This document shows positions 1 to 9,326 of a DNA stretch of 64,000 nt, one piece after another. Source of the stretch: an uncultured Clostridia bacterium (GTDB lineage: Bacteria; Bacillota; Clostridia; Christensenellales; UBA1242); the NCBI GenBank assembly GCA_944384395.1, contig CALWTD010000035.1, forward strand, positions 565 through 64,564. Reading direction: 5' to 3'. Each line of letters begins with the position of its first letter. Within the stretch, counting starts at the first letter, position 1. Below the pieces are notes generated by a model. The model saw only the letters and a list, made by a program, of their open reading frames with translations, had not been told where the DNA came from and did not search any database. A program made the position numbers and the translations under genes.

Positions 1-371
1 ATTCTGCGTTTGGAAATTGTGAGAGTTTAACTTCAATAACAATACCAAACAGTGTAACAAGCATAGGTGATCGTGCGTTTCGTAATTGCAGTAGTTTAAG
101 CGAAATAACAATACCAAATAGTGTAGAAACAATAGGAGATAGTGCGTTTATGTCTTGTAGCAGTTTAAACACTGTTGTAATAAATAATTTGGATATTGCA
201 AATGCAATAATAGATTCATCAAGTCAAGGGTATTTATTAAGTTATTTACAATCAGGCACAGGAATCGTTAAAGTTAAGTGTGATAAACCAGAAGATGTAA
301 CAAGCACATATTTATTAAATAACTTTACTGCAACAAATAAAGATGGTTATGCAGTGTTTACTAAAAAATAA
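1..371 (+). CDS. BspA-type leucine-rich-repeat surface protein, C-terminal fragment (5' end outside window)
   Basis: Frame is open from the window edge. Translation gives repeated units [49 protein letters not shown], typical of BspA/LRR_5 repeats. Stop at 369-371 is followed by a hairpin terminator. Confidence 0.7.
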   Translation, partial: SAFGNCESLTSITIPNSVTSIGDRAFRNCSSLSEITIPNSVETIGDSAFMSCSSLNTVVINNLDIANAIIDSSSQGYLLSYLQSGTGIVKVKCDKPEDVTSTYLLNNFTATNKDGYAVFTKK

Positions 372-384
372 AGTTGTATAAAGT

Positions 385-417
385 AAAAAAACTCACAATG
401 TTATTGTGAGTTTTTTG
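385..417 (+). terminator. Rho-independent terminator
   Basis: Stem ACTCACAAT / ATTGTGAGT (391-411) followed by a T-run. Confidence 0.75.
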
Positions 418-431
418 ATGTTTTTTAACAA

Positions 432-460
432 TAGACAAATATATTTTAATAGTGTATAAT
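432..460 (+). promoter_or_regulatory. Sigma-A-type promoter for fhs
   Basis: TAGACA (432-437), 17-nt spacer, TATAAT (455-460), with TG at -15/-14. It overlaps the ORF-track start at 452, which argues for the ATG at 479. Confidence 0.5.
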
Positions 461-478
461 TTAAACAAAGAGGTGAAC

Positions 479-2128
479 ATGACAGATATTGAAATAGCAA
501 GAAATACAAAATTAAAAGATATTAAAAAAATTGCAAAAAAATTAAAATATAAAGGTGATATTATTTTATATGGTAATTACAAGGCAAAATTACCAATAAA
601 ATATGGCAAAAAACACGGAAAACTAATTCTAGTTACTGCAATCAATCCTACAAAATACGGAATAGGTAAAACAACTGTTGCTATTGGTCTCGCAGACGCG
701 CTTAACATGATTGGCAAAAAAACTTGTTTAGCACTAAGAGAACCTTCGCTTGGTCCTGTTTTTGGTATTAAAGGCGGTGCAACCGGTGGTGGATATAGTC
801 AAATTGCTCCAATGGAAGATATAAATTTGCATTTTAATGGTGATTTTCACGCAATTACTTCTGCAAACAATTTGCTTTGCAGTTTGATTGATAATCATAT
901 CTTTCAAGGAAACGAATTAAATATTGACCCTGAAAAAATTTTGTTTCATAGATGTTTAGACTTAAACGATAGAGCAATGCGAGAAGTTACCGTTGCTCAA
1001 GGAAAAGGGAATGGAATAGAAAGAAAAGACCAATTTACAATAACGGCAGCAAGTGAAATTATGGCAATTATGTGTCTAGCAAAAGATTTTGAAGATTTAA
1101 AAACACGACTGGGCAACATCTCTGTTGCACTAAACAAAGACGGTAAAATTGTTTATGCAAGAGATTTAAAAACACAAGAAAGTATGGCAATACTTTTAAA
1201 AGATGCTCTTATGCCAAATTTGGTTCAAACATTAAATCATACTCCTGCTATTGTGCATTTGGGACCTTTTGCAAATATTGCGCATGGTTGCAATAGTATA
1301 ATTGCAACAAAAATGGCACTATCGTATGCAGATTATGTTGTGACAGAAGCAGGATTTGGTGCTGACCTTGGAGCAGAAAAATTTTTTGATGTGAAGTGTA
1401 GAGTGGCAAATTTAAAACCAAATGCAGTAGTTATTGTTGCAACTATAAAAGCACTTAAATTGCACGGTGGTGTTGCTGATAACGAATTAGATAAAGAAAA
1501 TATTGATGCAGTTAAAAAAGGCATGGAAAATTTACTTGCACATATTGACACAATATACAATAAATTTCATTTGCCACCCGTTGTAACATTAAATAAATAT
1601 TCTAGTGATACTAAAGATGAAATTGATACAGTTATAAACGAATTAGATAAAATTGATATAAAGTGTATCATTAACGATGTGTGGGGAAATGGTGGCGATG
1701 GTGCAATAGACTTAGCAAAAGAAGTTGTTAAAGTCTGTACTTGGAATAATGATTCATTTAAGTTTATTTATGATACAGAAAGTATGATAAAAACAAAAAT
1801 AAAAAAAGTTGCAGTAAATGTTTATGGTGCAAAAGGCGTTAAATATAGCGAGCAAGCCGAAGAAACAATAAAAAGACTAAATAAATTGCATTTAAACAAA
1901 TTGCCAATTGTGATTGCAAAAACTCAGTATAGTTTGAGTGATGATGCAAAACTGATAAACAGACCAAAGGGATTTTACTTGAATGTAAGAGATTTAGAAG
2001 TTAAAACAGGTGCAGGCTTTATTGTTGTGCTTGCAGGGAAGATGCTTTTAATGCCTGGTCTTAGCAAAACACCAAACGCAATAAATATGCAAATAGACAA
2101 TAATTATAAAATTGAAGGTTTATTTTAA
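479..2128 (+). CDS. fhs: Formate--tetrahydrofolate ligase
   Basis: Full-length family-typical sequence (PTKYGIGKTTVAIGLADAL, GGGYSQI, NIAHGCNS). AAAGAGG RBS lies upstream of the ATG at 479. Confidence 0.93.
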   Translation: MTDIEIARNTKLKDIKKIAKKLKYKGDIILYGNYKAKLPIKYGKKHGKLILVTAINPTKYGIGKTTVAIGLADALNMIGKKTCLALREPSLGPVFGIKGGATGGGYSQIAPMEDINLHFNGDFHAITSANNLLCSLIDNHIFQGNELNIDPEKILFHRCLDLNDRAMREVTVAQGKGNGIERKDQFTITAASEIMAIMCLAKDFEDLKTRLGNISVALNKDGKIVYARDLKTQESMAILLKDALMPNLVQTLNHTPAIVHLGPFANIAHGCNSIIATKMALSYADYVVTEAGFGADLGAEKFFDVKCRVANLKPNAVVIVATIKALKLHGGVADNELDKENIDAVKKGMENLLAHIDTIYNKFHLPPVVTLNKYSSDTKDEIDTVINELDKIDIKCIINDVWGNGGDGAIDLAKEVVKVCTWNNDSFKFIYDTESMIKTKIKKVAVNVYGAKGVKYSEQAEETIKRLNKLHLNKLPIVIAKTQYSLSDDAKLINRPKGFYLNVRDLEVKTGAGFIVVLAGKMLLMPGLSKTPNAINMQIDNNYKIEGLF

Positions 2129-2146
2129 AAATTATTAAAAATATTT

Positions 2147-2179
2147 TAAAAAAAGTTCACATTTTGTGAACTTTTTTTA
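2147..2179. terminator. Bidirectional rho-independent terminator between convergent genes
   Basis: A-run, stem GTTCACA / TGTGAAC (2155-2171), then T-run. Confidence 0.75.
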
Positions 2180-2911
2180 ATTTTCTACATCATCATCAGT
2201 TGGAACTGAGAAATCGGCAAACTCAAAACTTATATATGCTTCGCCATTAACATTTGTTGGTATGTTTAATTTATATTCTTGGGTAATTAAGTCGCCATTA
2301 AGGTTGATTTCTAAATATGTCTGTGTTTTTACATCAATAAGAGAACTTTCACCATCGATTAAAGTTTCATAAGTATAAGTTAAATTTATTTCAGCATATA
2401 TTTTTGTTATTTTATTTAGTGCAAGTGTAATTGTGTCGATATCAAAAGTTTTTGTTGCATTTATTTCAGTGTTTAACACTTCTTTTAGTGTTTCATATGA
2501 ACTGCCAAGTTTTACATTGGCTGATATATTTGTTATTGTGTTATTTTGATTATATATGTCATTGAAAATAATTTTGGTTGGGCTTACAAGTTCAAGGTTA
2601 GGACAGGTAAAAATTGCAGTATAAGTTCCACTTGTTTCATTTGAAACTTTAAATGTGTATATTGGTTCATATGATACAACAACATTTTCGTTCATCCATG
2701 CTAAAAATTTAGAATCTCCTTTGGGAGTTGCTGTTATTGTGCAGTCATCATTTTCTTTATATGTTCCATCACCTTCAACATATCCATAATTTGCATACCA
2801 AACATTTACATATATATTATATTTTTTTGGCGTTTCATTACACGCCGACATTGAAATGCAGGCACATAAAAGCAAAACTACACTTAAAAATATTTTTATT
2901 TTATTTTTCAT
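2177..2911 (-). CDS. Probable lipoprotein with an InlB-B-repeat / Flg_new-like domain
   Basis: N-terminal signal peptide ends in Cys (LLLCACISMSAC). The segment YGYVEGDGTYKENDDCTITATPKGDSKFLAWMNE...YTFKVSNETSGTYTAIF fits the Listeria-Bacteroides repeat pattern. Confidence 0.55.
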   Translation of the reverse strand: MKNKIKIFLSVVLLLCACISMSACNETPKKYNIYVNVWYANYGYVEGDGTYKENDDCTITATPKGDSKFLAWMNENVVVSYEPIYTFKVSNETSGTYTAIFTCPNLELVSPTKIIFNDIYNQNNTITNISANVKLGSSYETLKEVLNTEINATKTFDIDTITLALNKITKIYAEINLTYTYETLIDGESSLIDVKTQTYLEINLNGDLITQEYKLNIPTNVNGEAYISFEFADFSVPTDDDVEN

Positions 2912-3060
2912 TTATTCTCCTAAAATAAATTTATCATTATTAATTTTTCATGTCAAATAATGTTTGCATAAATATTGCAATATATTACAAATTATTAAAA
3001 ATTATTTGTGAGTAAAAATTTTTAGGTTGCATAAAATACATTGACATATAAGGGGTTAAC

Positions 3061-3816
3061 ATGTGGGAGTTTTGCATTTCAATAAATAAAAATAAACATC
3101 TTTTGTGCAATTATGTATTTGATAAATTGCAAGAATACACAAAAAAATACGAGGGATTGGTTACTAAACACGAAAAGCAGTTGAATATTGACATACTTAT
3201 TGCTTGTAATGAATATGAAAAAAACAGACTCATTTTAAATTTGCAAGACATAATAAGTGAATGTGTGTGTTATTTTTATAAAAAAGATTTTTTAGTGTCA
3301 AATTTGCACATAAATATTGGTGATGAAATGTCAAAACAGGCATTTATTTCTGCACTTTTATTTTTTGATAGAGAAACAGACAGATATATTGTTAATAAAT
3401 ATTTAAACATCAATAATAAATTGAATTTAGATGGGTTTTTTAATTTTAAACTTCAAGCTTTAAAGGATAAGTGGAAAGAACTTATTGATATAGCAAATCA
3501 AAACGAAATTTATTTATATTCTAACGAAACCTTTATGGAACTAATTAAGTTTTTAATTGATAATATAGAAGTGAAAAGTGATGTTATTAACATAATGTCA
3601 ACAAATGATAGTTATGATGTTTTTGATTCAAAATTTGACAAAATAGACAGCAGAGAAATGACAGAAGAAAAAGATAAAAAACTCGTTTCACTTTTAATTG
3701 CATTATGTCCTAAAAATATAAATATATATTGTAGTGAGATTTTGCCAAATAATTTAAAAAATTTAATTTGTAAATTATTTGAAAAAAGAGTGAGATTTAT
3801 TTCAAAAATGAATTAA
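3061..3816 (+). CDS. Hypothetical protein, possibly YtxC-like sporulation protein
   Basis: AAGGGG RBS. Size and the LDGFFNFKLQALKDKW segment resemble my recollection of the YtxC family, which normally sits in the thrS/infC neighbourhood. Not verified. Confidence 0.35.
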   Translation: MWEFCISINKNKHLLCNYVFDKLQEYTKKYEGLVTKHEKQLNIDILIACNEYEKNRLILNLQDIISECVCYFYKKDFLVSNLHINIGDEMSKQAFISALLFFDRETDRYIVNKYLNINNKLNLDGFFNFKLQALKDKWKELIDIANQNEIYLYSNETFMELIKFLIDNIEVKSDVINIMSTNDSYDVFDSKFDKIDSREMTEEKDKKLVSLLIALCPKNINIYCSEILPNNLKNLICKLFEKRVRFISKMN

Positions 3817-3858
3817 ATAAATATTGCAATATGAAAATATATTTGATATATTTTAATT

Positions 3859-4521
3859 ATGAAATTATTAAAATTATTTTCTATTTCCATTTTTATTTTT
3901 GTTTCAAGCATGTGCTTTTGTTCTTGTAAAACAGAACAAAAAACAAAAAAAGTAGAATACATAAAAAATCACATAGCAACTATGTCAATTTTTACATATG
4001 ATGGAAAGGGTGAAAGCCAGTTTGGCTTAATGAATTTAGGACATAGTTTTTTGTCAATTTCAAACACTTCACAAAATGATATTGTTATTGGAAATTATAC
4101 ATTAAATTCAAACGAAAGTGTTTGTATTGGAACATGGAGCATACAAGAACATTTTGGTGTTTGGTATAATGTTGAATCAAATTATATAAGACTTTATGAA
4201 AAATATCTTGGAAGAATTTCAGTAACAAAATATTTAGAAAAAAATGATATTGAAACAATATGCAATTTTATTGCAACACATGATTATTGGAGTCCAATAT
4301 ATAACTGCAGTTATTTTGCAATCAATCTATGGAATAGTGTAGCAAAAGAAAGTGAAAAATTGGATACATATTTTATTTATAGTCCAAGTAAATTAAGTGC
4401 GCAATTAAAAACATTTAAAAATTGTCAAACAAATAAAAGTATTAAAACAGATTATAAATTTGGTTATTTCAATGAAACACAATATGTAAGTTTTAATTTA
4501 GAAGGTGATATATATGTGTAA
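3859..4521 (+). CDS. Secreted or lipid-anchored hypothetical protein with a His...Cys motif order reminiscent of PPPDE-type permuted papain peptidases
   Basis: Signal peptide MKLLKLFSISIFIFVSSMCFCSC. Motifs NLGHSFLSI and, later, YNCSYFAINLW. No obvious SD. Confidence 0.5.
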   Translation: MKLLKLFSISIFIFVSSMCFCSCKTEQKTKKVEYIKNHIATMSIFTYDGKGESQFGLMNLGHSFLSISNTSQNDIVIGNYTLNSNESVCIGTWSIQEHFGVWYNVESNYIRLYEKYLGRISVTKYLEKNDIETICNFIATHDYWSPIYNCSYFAINLWNSVAKESEKLDTYFIYSPSKLSAQLKTFKNCQTNKSIKTDYKFGYFNETQYVSFNLEGDIYV

Positions 4522-4762
4522 AAAAGTAGTCGTATACTCAATTTATGGTGTTTTAATTTTAATAGATTTATTTTTGCTATATTCTACAATAGGATATTAT
4601 GTTTTAGGGGCAAACACACCTAAAATATATGGTGAAACAACAACGACATTTATGGGAATGTATATTATGAGTATTACATTTGGTGTGTGTTTTTTTGTTT
4701 TAACACTTTGTATTGTGGTTAGTTTAATAATTTTAAGAAAAAAGAAAAAAAGTACATATTGA
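4514..4762 (+). CDS. Small two-TM membrane protein, translationally coupled to the upstream gene
   Basis: The ATG at 4514 overlaps the upstream stop (ATGTGTAA), with AGGTGA upstream. Two hydrophobic helices and a KKKK tail. An alternative GTG start exists at 4505. Confidence 0.5.
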   Translation: MCKKVVVYSIYGVLILIDLFLLYSTIGYYVLGANTPKIYGETTTTFMGMYIMSITFGVCFFVLTLCIVVSLIILRKKKKSTY

Positions 4763-4824
4763 CATTTTAAGAAAAAGATGATATACTTACAACATAAAAT
4801 AAAAGAGGTTGTAAAGAGGTTGTT

Positions 4825-5367
4825 ATGAGAAATTTATATGAAGAAGAACTTGATATATTGTGGGATAACTATAAAGATATAATGGATATTATTGGTTTTG
4901 ACACTGTTCTTACGGCAAGCACCGAAGAATTGCAAAGTAAATTTGCGTTAAAGTATAAACAAATATACTATCAAGTTAAAGACGCAAATTCTTGGAAACC
5001 AAGAAATGTTATGAAATACAATTTGTTAAAATTGAGAAGACTGTTTGCTATTTGGAAAGAAAACAATGTTGTTTTAATTGAAGGTGGCGTCTCATATAGT
5101 GAGAGAGACACATACAAACAATTTCCAAAATATAATATGCAAAATCCAACAGTTTATCCAACAGAAAAAACAATAAATAAACTTAGAGTAAAAGCACTTG
5201 TTGGATATGTTGAAGAAAAACAATTAAAAGATTTGCGTTCTCTTAGAGCAAGTTTAATAAGAGGACTTGGATTTGATAACGACACAGCAAATTTTTTAAC
5301 AAAACTTTATGGGAAAATGCAAGCAAGAAGTGAAGTTAATAAATTTTCAGAAAAAAGTTATATATAA
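4825..5367 (+). CDS. Hypothetical protein
   Basis: 180-aa ORF with AAGAGG RBS. No family recognised. Confidence 0.5.
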   Translation: MRNLYEEELDILWDNYKDIMDIIGFDTVLTASTEELQSKFALKYKQIYYQVKDANSWKPRNVMKYNLLKLRRLFAIWKENNVVLIEGGVSYSERDTYKQFPKYNMQNPTVYPTEKTINKLRVKALVGYVEEKQLKDLRSLRASLIRGLGFDNDTANFLTKLYGKMQARSEVNKFSEKSYI

Positions 5368-5379
5368 TATTAAAAATTG

Positions 5380-5408
5380 TTGACATGCAAAATTATATGT
5401 GATAGTAT
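5380..5408 (+). promoter_or_regulatory. Sigma-A-type promoter of the infC-rpmI-rplT operon
   Basis: TTGACA (5380-5385), 17-nt spacer, TAGTAT (5403-5408), preceded by TG. Confidence 0.6.
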
Positions 5409-5414
5409 GTCTAC

Positions 5415-5546
5415 GTAAAGCAGAAGTGTTAACTTCTCACCAACCAAGTTTACTTAGGTTGAGTAAAACATTTTAATATTTAATTTGTTTTATTTGGGTG
5501 AGAACTATTCTGTTTTCACTCATTTTTATTTAAGGAGGATATAACA
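5415..5546 (+). promoter_or_regulatory. L20-type ribosomal-protein leader upstream of infC
   Basis: About 130-nt untranslated leader in the position of the Firmicute L20 leader. Long-range pairing TTCTCACC (5436-5443) / GGTGAGAA (5508-5515), and a second helix GAGTAAAACA / TGTTTTCACTC followed by a T-rich tract. Confidence 0.5.
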
Positions 5547-6056
5547 ATTTTTAAGGAACTTCTAATAAACGACCAAATAAACACAAACGAAGTAAGGTTA
5601 ATTGGTCAAAACGGAGAACAACACGGCATTGTAAGTTTAAAAACTGCGATGGATATTGCTTCAAACGAAGGGTTGGATTTAGTATTGATGTCTTCTTCTT
5701 CAACTCCATATGTTTGTAAAATAATGGACTATGGCAAGTATAAATTTGATGCAATAAAAAAAGAAAAAGAACTCAAAAAAAATCAAAAGATTTCAAATTT
5801 AAAAGAAATTCAACTTTCTCTTACAATAGACACGCATGACATGGAAGTAAAGGCAAAACATGGTTTAAGATTTTTAAATGATGGCGACAAGGTTAAAGTT
5901 GTTTTAAGAATGAAAGGCCGTCAACAAGCGTATTCAAAAAATGCGATTGAAGTTGTTAAATCATTTTATAATATGCTTTCAAGCGTTGGAACTTATGATA
6001 AAGAGCCAGAAGTTGTTGGAAGAAATGTTATTATGATTATATCGCCTAAAAAATAG
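5547..6056 (+). CDS. infC: Translation initiation factor IF-3, ATT start codon
   Basis: The conserved N-terminus LINDQINTNEVRLIGQNGEQHGIV lies upstream of the first ATG (5649). An in-frame ATT at 5547 sits 8 nt after AAGGAGG. A non-AUG start is the known infC autoregulatory feature. Confidence 0.88.
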   Translation: MFKELLINDQINTNEVRLIGQNGEQHGIVSLKTAMDIASNEGLDLVLMSSSSTPYVCKIMDYGKYKFDAIKKEKELKKNQKISNLKEIQLSLTIDTHDMEVKAKHGLRFLNDGDKVKVVLRMKGRQQAYSKNAIEVVKSFYNMLSSVGTYDKEPEVVGRNVIMIISPKK

Positions 6057-6078
6057 AAAATTATAAAGGAGAATTAAA

Positions 6079-6273
6079 ATGCCAAAATTAAAATCACACA
6101 GTGGTGCAAAGAAAAGATTTAAAGTAAATAAATCTGGAAATGTTAAGTTTGCAAAACCAAACCGTGGACATTTCCTTGATAAAAAAGCACAAGGAAGAAA
6201 AAGAAAATTAAGAAAAGGTGGTTATCTTTCAGGAAAACAAGCAGCAAATGTTAGAAAGATGATCAATGCATAA
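6079..6273 (+). CDS. rpmI: 50S ribosomal protein L35
   Basis: MPKLKSHSGAKKRFKV... with AAAGGAG RBS. Confidence 0.95.
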   Translation: MPKLKSHSGAKKRFKVNKSGNVKFAKPNRGHFLDKKAQGRKRKLRKGGYLSGKQAANVRKMINA

Positions 6274-6283
6274 GGAGTGAACT

Positions 6284-6634
6284 ATGAGAATAAAAAGATC
6301 AGTTAATGCATTAAAGAAAAGAAGAGCAATTTTAAAACAAGCAAAAGGTTACAGAGGTTCAAAATCTAAACTTTATAGAGTTGCTCGCGAAGCAGTTATG
6401 AAAAGTGGTCAATATGCATATATTGGCAGAAGATTAAAGAAAAGAAATTTCCGTTCTTTGTGGATAACAAGAATAAATGCTGCATGCAGATTGAATGATA
6501 TTTCATATAGTCAATTTATGCATGGTTTAAAAGTTTCTGGTGTAAATTTAAACAGAAAAATTTTAGCAGATATGGCTGTTAACGACACAGAAGGTTTTGC
6601 TTCACTTGTTGCAACAGCGAAAAAAGCAATTTAA
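6284..6634 (+). CDS. rplT: 50S ribosomal protein L20
   Basis: Typical L20 sequence ([25 protein letters not shown]) with AAGGAG RBS. Confidence 0.95.
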   Translation: MRIKRSVNALKKRRAILKQAKGYRGSKSKLYRVAREAVMKSGQYAYIGRRLKKRNFRSLWITRINAACRLNDISYSQFMHGLKVSGVNLNRKILADMAVNDTEGFASLVATAKKAI

Positions 6635-6640
6635 TTTAAT

Positions 6641-6672
6641 AAAAAAACAAATCAAATTGATTTGTTTTTTTG
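6641..6672 (+). terminator. Rho-independent terminator
   Basis: Stem ACAAATC / GATTTGT followed by a T-run. Confidence 0.7.
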
Positions 6673-6704
6673 TGTAATGATTAGTTTGATTTTTTATAAA
6701 TTTT

Positions 6705-7454
6705 GTGTATACTATTTTCATGATTACGTCAGTTCAAAACGAATACATTAAGCAATTAAAAAAATTAAAACAACAAAAAGATATACTTTGTTTGGATAGT
6801 CCAAAACTTATTGATGAAGCAATAAAAAATAAATGGGAAATTGTTGATGTTGTAAAAACAGAGAAAGTTACAAAACAATATACAACAAAAGATATTATTG
6901 TTTCTAGTAATGTTTTAAAAATATTTTCAAATACAAAGACATCTCAACAAGTTATTGCGTTTGTAAAATTAAAAAAACAGTCTTTAAAACCGCCAAGTAA
7001 CAACTTTTTAGTTTTAGACAATATACAAGACCCCGGCAATGTTGGGACTCTTATAAGAAGTGCTGTTGGTGCCAATTTTTTAGACATTTATTTGATAAAT
7101 TGTGCCAGTGTTACACTTGATAAAACAATAAGAAGCACAATGGGAGCACTATTTAAGTGTAATGTTTATGAAACTGATAAATCATTTATAAATGTTTTAA
7201 AATCATGGAATAAACGAATTTATATTGCTGATATGAATGGAAAAAGTATATATGAAAGTTTCTTTTCAAACAACATCGGTGTTGTTGTAGGCAATGAGGG
7301 TCATGGAGTTTGTGAAGATTTAAGAAAAATTGCAACAGATAAAATATCATTGCCAATGCAAAATAACTTGGAAAGTTTAAATGCTGGTGTAAGTGGAAGT
7401 ATAATAATGTATCAAATAACATATGGAAGTGGAGGAAAAAATGTCAGGTCATAG
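6705..7454 (+). CDS. TrmH/SpoU-family RNA 2'-O-methyltransferase
   Basis: SpoU motifs LVLDNIQDPGNVGTLIRSA, VVVGNEGHGV and LPM..ESLNAGVSGSIIMY. Start is uncertain (GTG 6705 or ATG 6720). Confidence 0.8.
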   Translation: MYTIFMITSVQNEYIKQLKKLKQQKDILCLDSPKLIDEAIKNKWEIVDVVKTEKVTKQYTTKDIIVSSNVLKIFSNTKTSQQVIAFVKLKKQSLKPPSNNFLVLDNIQDPGNVGTLIRSAVGANFLDIYLINCASVTLDKTIRSTMGALFKCNVYETDKSFINVLKSWNKRIYIADMNGKSIYESFFSNNIGVVVGNEGHGVCEDLRKIATDKISLPMQNNLESLNAGVSGSIIMYQITYGSGGKNVRS

Positions 7455-8172
7455 CAAGTGGAATAATATTAAAAGAACAAAAGAAAAGTCAGATGCTCAA
7501 AGAGGCAAAATTTTTACTAAAATTGGTCGTGAAATCGCTGTAATTGTTAAACAAGGTGGAAGTGACCCTAATGTAAATAGCAAACTTAAAGATGTTATTG
7601 CAAAAGCAAAGCAAAACAATATGCCAAATGATTCTATTGAAAGGTCAATAAAAAAAGCCGCAGGAGAAATGTCGGGTGTAAATTATGAAGCGATAACTTA
7701 TGAAGGCTATGGTGCAGGTGGTTCTGCTGTTATTGTTGAATGCTTAACAGATAATAAAAACAGAACGGCAGGAGATGTTAGACACGCTTTTGATAAACAT
7801 GGTGGAAGTTTGGGCTCAACTGGTTGTGTAAATTATTTATTTAACAGAAAAGGTCAAATAATTATTGAAAAAAATTCTGCAACAGATGTTGATATGGTTA
7901 TGATGGATAGTTTAGATTGTGGTGCTGATGATGTTGTTGAAGATGATGACGTTATTGAAATTTACACAAAACCAGAAACATTAAGTCAGGTGAAATCACT
8001 TATGGAAGCAAAAGGATATGCACTTCTTTCTAGCGAAGTTGCACTTTTGCCTGACAACTATATAGATTTAGATAGTTCTAAATTGGAGCAATTTCAAAAA
8101 ATGCTTGACGCACTTAACGATTTGGACGATGTTCAAGAAGTTTATCATAATGTAAACAACTGTGAAGAATAA
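7441..8172 (+). CDS. yebC: YebC/PmpR-family transcriptional regulator
   Basis: MSGHSKWNNIKRTKE N-terminus. GGAGG RBS lies before the ATG at 7441. Overlaps the upstream gene by 14 nt. Confidence 0.9.
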   Translation: MSGHSKWNNIKRTKEKSDAQRGKIFTKIGREIAVIVKQGGSDPNVNSKLKDVIAKAKQNNMPNDSIERSIKKAAGEMSGVNYEAITYEGYGAGGSAVIVECLTDNKNRTAGDVRHAFDKHGGSLGSTGCVNYLFNRKGQIIIEKNSATDVDMVMMDSLDCGADDVVEDDDVIEIYTKPETLSQVKSLMEAKGYALLSSEVALLPDNYIDLDSSKLEQFQKMLDALNDLDDVQEVYHNVNNCEE

Positions 8173-8200
8173 AAAACACCTGCTTTTAGCAGGTTTTTTA
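8172..8200 (+). terminator. Rho-independent terminator
   Basis: Stem CCTGC / GCAGG with flanking A/T pairs, followed by a T-run. Confidence 0.7.
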
Positions 8201-8246
8201 TTGACTATAAATAAATTATTATCTAAAATATATAAGTGGTGATTTT

Positions 8247-8735
8247 ATGCGTATTTTAGGTATTGACCCAGGCTATGGAATTGTTGGCTTTGGTGTTATT
8301 GAATGTAATAATCAAACAAATGTTATAGATTATGGTGTAATTTCTACACCCAAAGAACTTAGTTTGCCAGAAAGATTAGAAATTATATATAGTTCGCTTT
8401 GTTCTTTGATTTTCTCATACAAACCCGATGTTGTTGCAGTGGAAGAACTTTTCTATTTTCGAAATCAAACAACAATTATTCCTGTGGCAGAAGCAAGGGG
8501 AGTAATTTTACTTGCTTGTAAAAAAAACAATGTAAAAGTGTTTGAATACACGCCACTTCAAATTAAGCAAGCATTAACAGGTGTGGGCAGAGCAGAAAAA
8601 GCACAAGTTCAATTTATGGTCAAAACAATATTAGGGCTCGACAAAGTTCCAAAACCCGATGATGCTGCTGATGCACTAGCTGTTGCACTTTGTCATAGTC
8701 AAATAAATCCAAATTTAAATATAAATGAAGTTTAA
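8247..8735 (+). CDS. ruvC: Holliday junction resolvase RuvC
   Basis: MRILGIDPGYGIVGFG start and the conserved DAADALAVALCH motif. Confidence 0.92.
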   Translation: MRILGIDPGYGIVGFGVIECNNQTNVIDYGVISTPKELSLPERLEIIYSSLCSLIFSYKPDVVAVEELFYFRNQTTIIPVAEARGVILLACKKNNVKVFEYTPLQIKQALTGVGRAEKAQVQFMVKTILGLDKVPKPDDAADALAVALCHSQINPNLNINEV

Positions 8736-8744
8736 GGAGAATAT

Positions 8745-9326
8745 ATGTTTAATTATATAGAAGGCAAAATCGTTGAAAAACAAGACGGATATATTGTTTT
8801 AGATTGCAATAATATAGGCTATGAAATTCAAGTTAGTGAGCATACATTAAACTCAATTGAATACTTAAATGAAATGGTTAAAATTTTGACATATATGCAA
8901 GTTAGAGAAGACGGTATAACCTTATATGGTTTTATTTCAAGAGAAGAAAAAAACATGTTTTTAAAACTTATTTCAGTAAGTGGCATTGGACCCAAAATGG
9001 CTATTGGAATTTTATCGGGTATAACTGTTAATGACCTTGTAAGTGCTATTTTAAGACAAGATGTTAAAATGCTTTGCACAATAAAAGGCTTAGGTAAAAA
9101 AACTGCAGAAAGGTTACTTGTTGAACTAAAAGACCAATCAATGCCATCTTTGGCACAAAGTGTTGAAGAAAATATAAATGAAGATTATATAAGTCAAGCA
9201 ACAGACGCACTAATTAGTTTGGGAGTTGGTAAAAACGAAGCATACAGATTAGCAAAAGAAAATGCATCAAATTCAACTTCTGTTGAAGAAATAATAACGA
9301 AAGTTTTAAGAGGAATGGGAAGTTAA
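8745..9326 (+). CDS. ruvA: Holliday junction helicase subunit RuvA
   Basis: Typical RuvA sequence ([25 protein letters not shown]) in a ruvCAB context. Confidence 0.92.
   Translation: MFNYIEGKIVEKQDGYIVLDCNNIGYEIQVSEHTLNSIEYLNEMVKILTYMQVREDGITLYGFISREEKNMFLKLISVSGIGPKMAIGILSGITVNDLVSAILRQDVKMLCTIKGLGKKTAERLLVELKDQSMPSLAQSVEENINEDYISQATDALISLGVGKNEAYRLAKENASNSTSVEEIITKVLRGMGS

Noticed and set aside
5551-5754. 67-aa minus-strand ORF near the start of infC
   Set aside because: It is antisense to the conserved 5' part of infC once the ATT start at 5547 is recognised. It has no RBS and no recognisable family.
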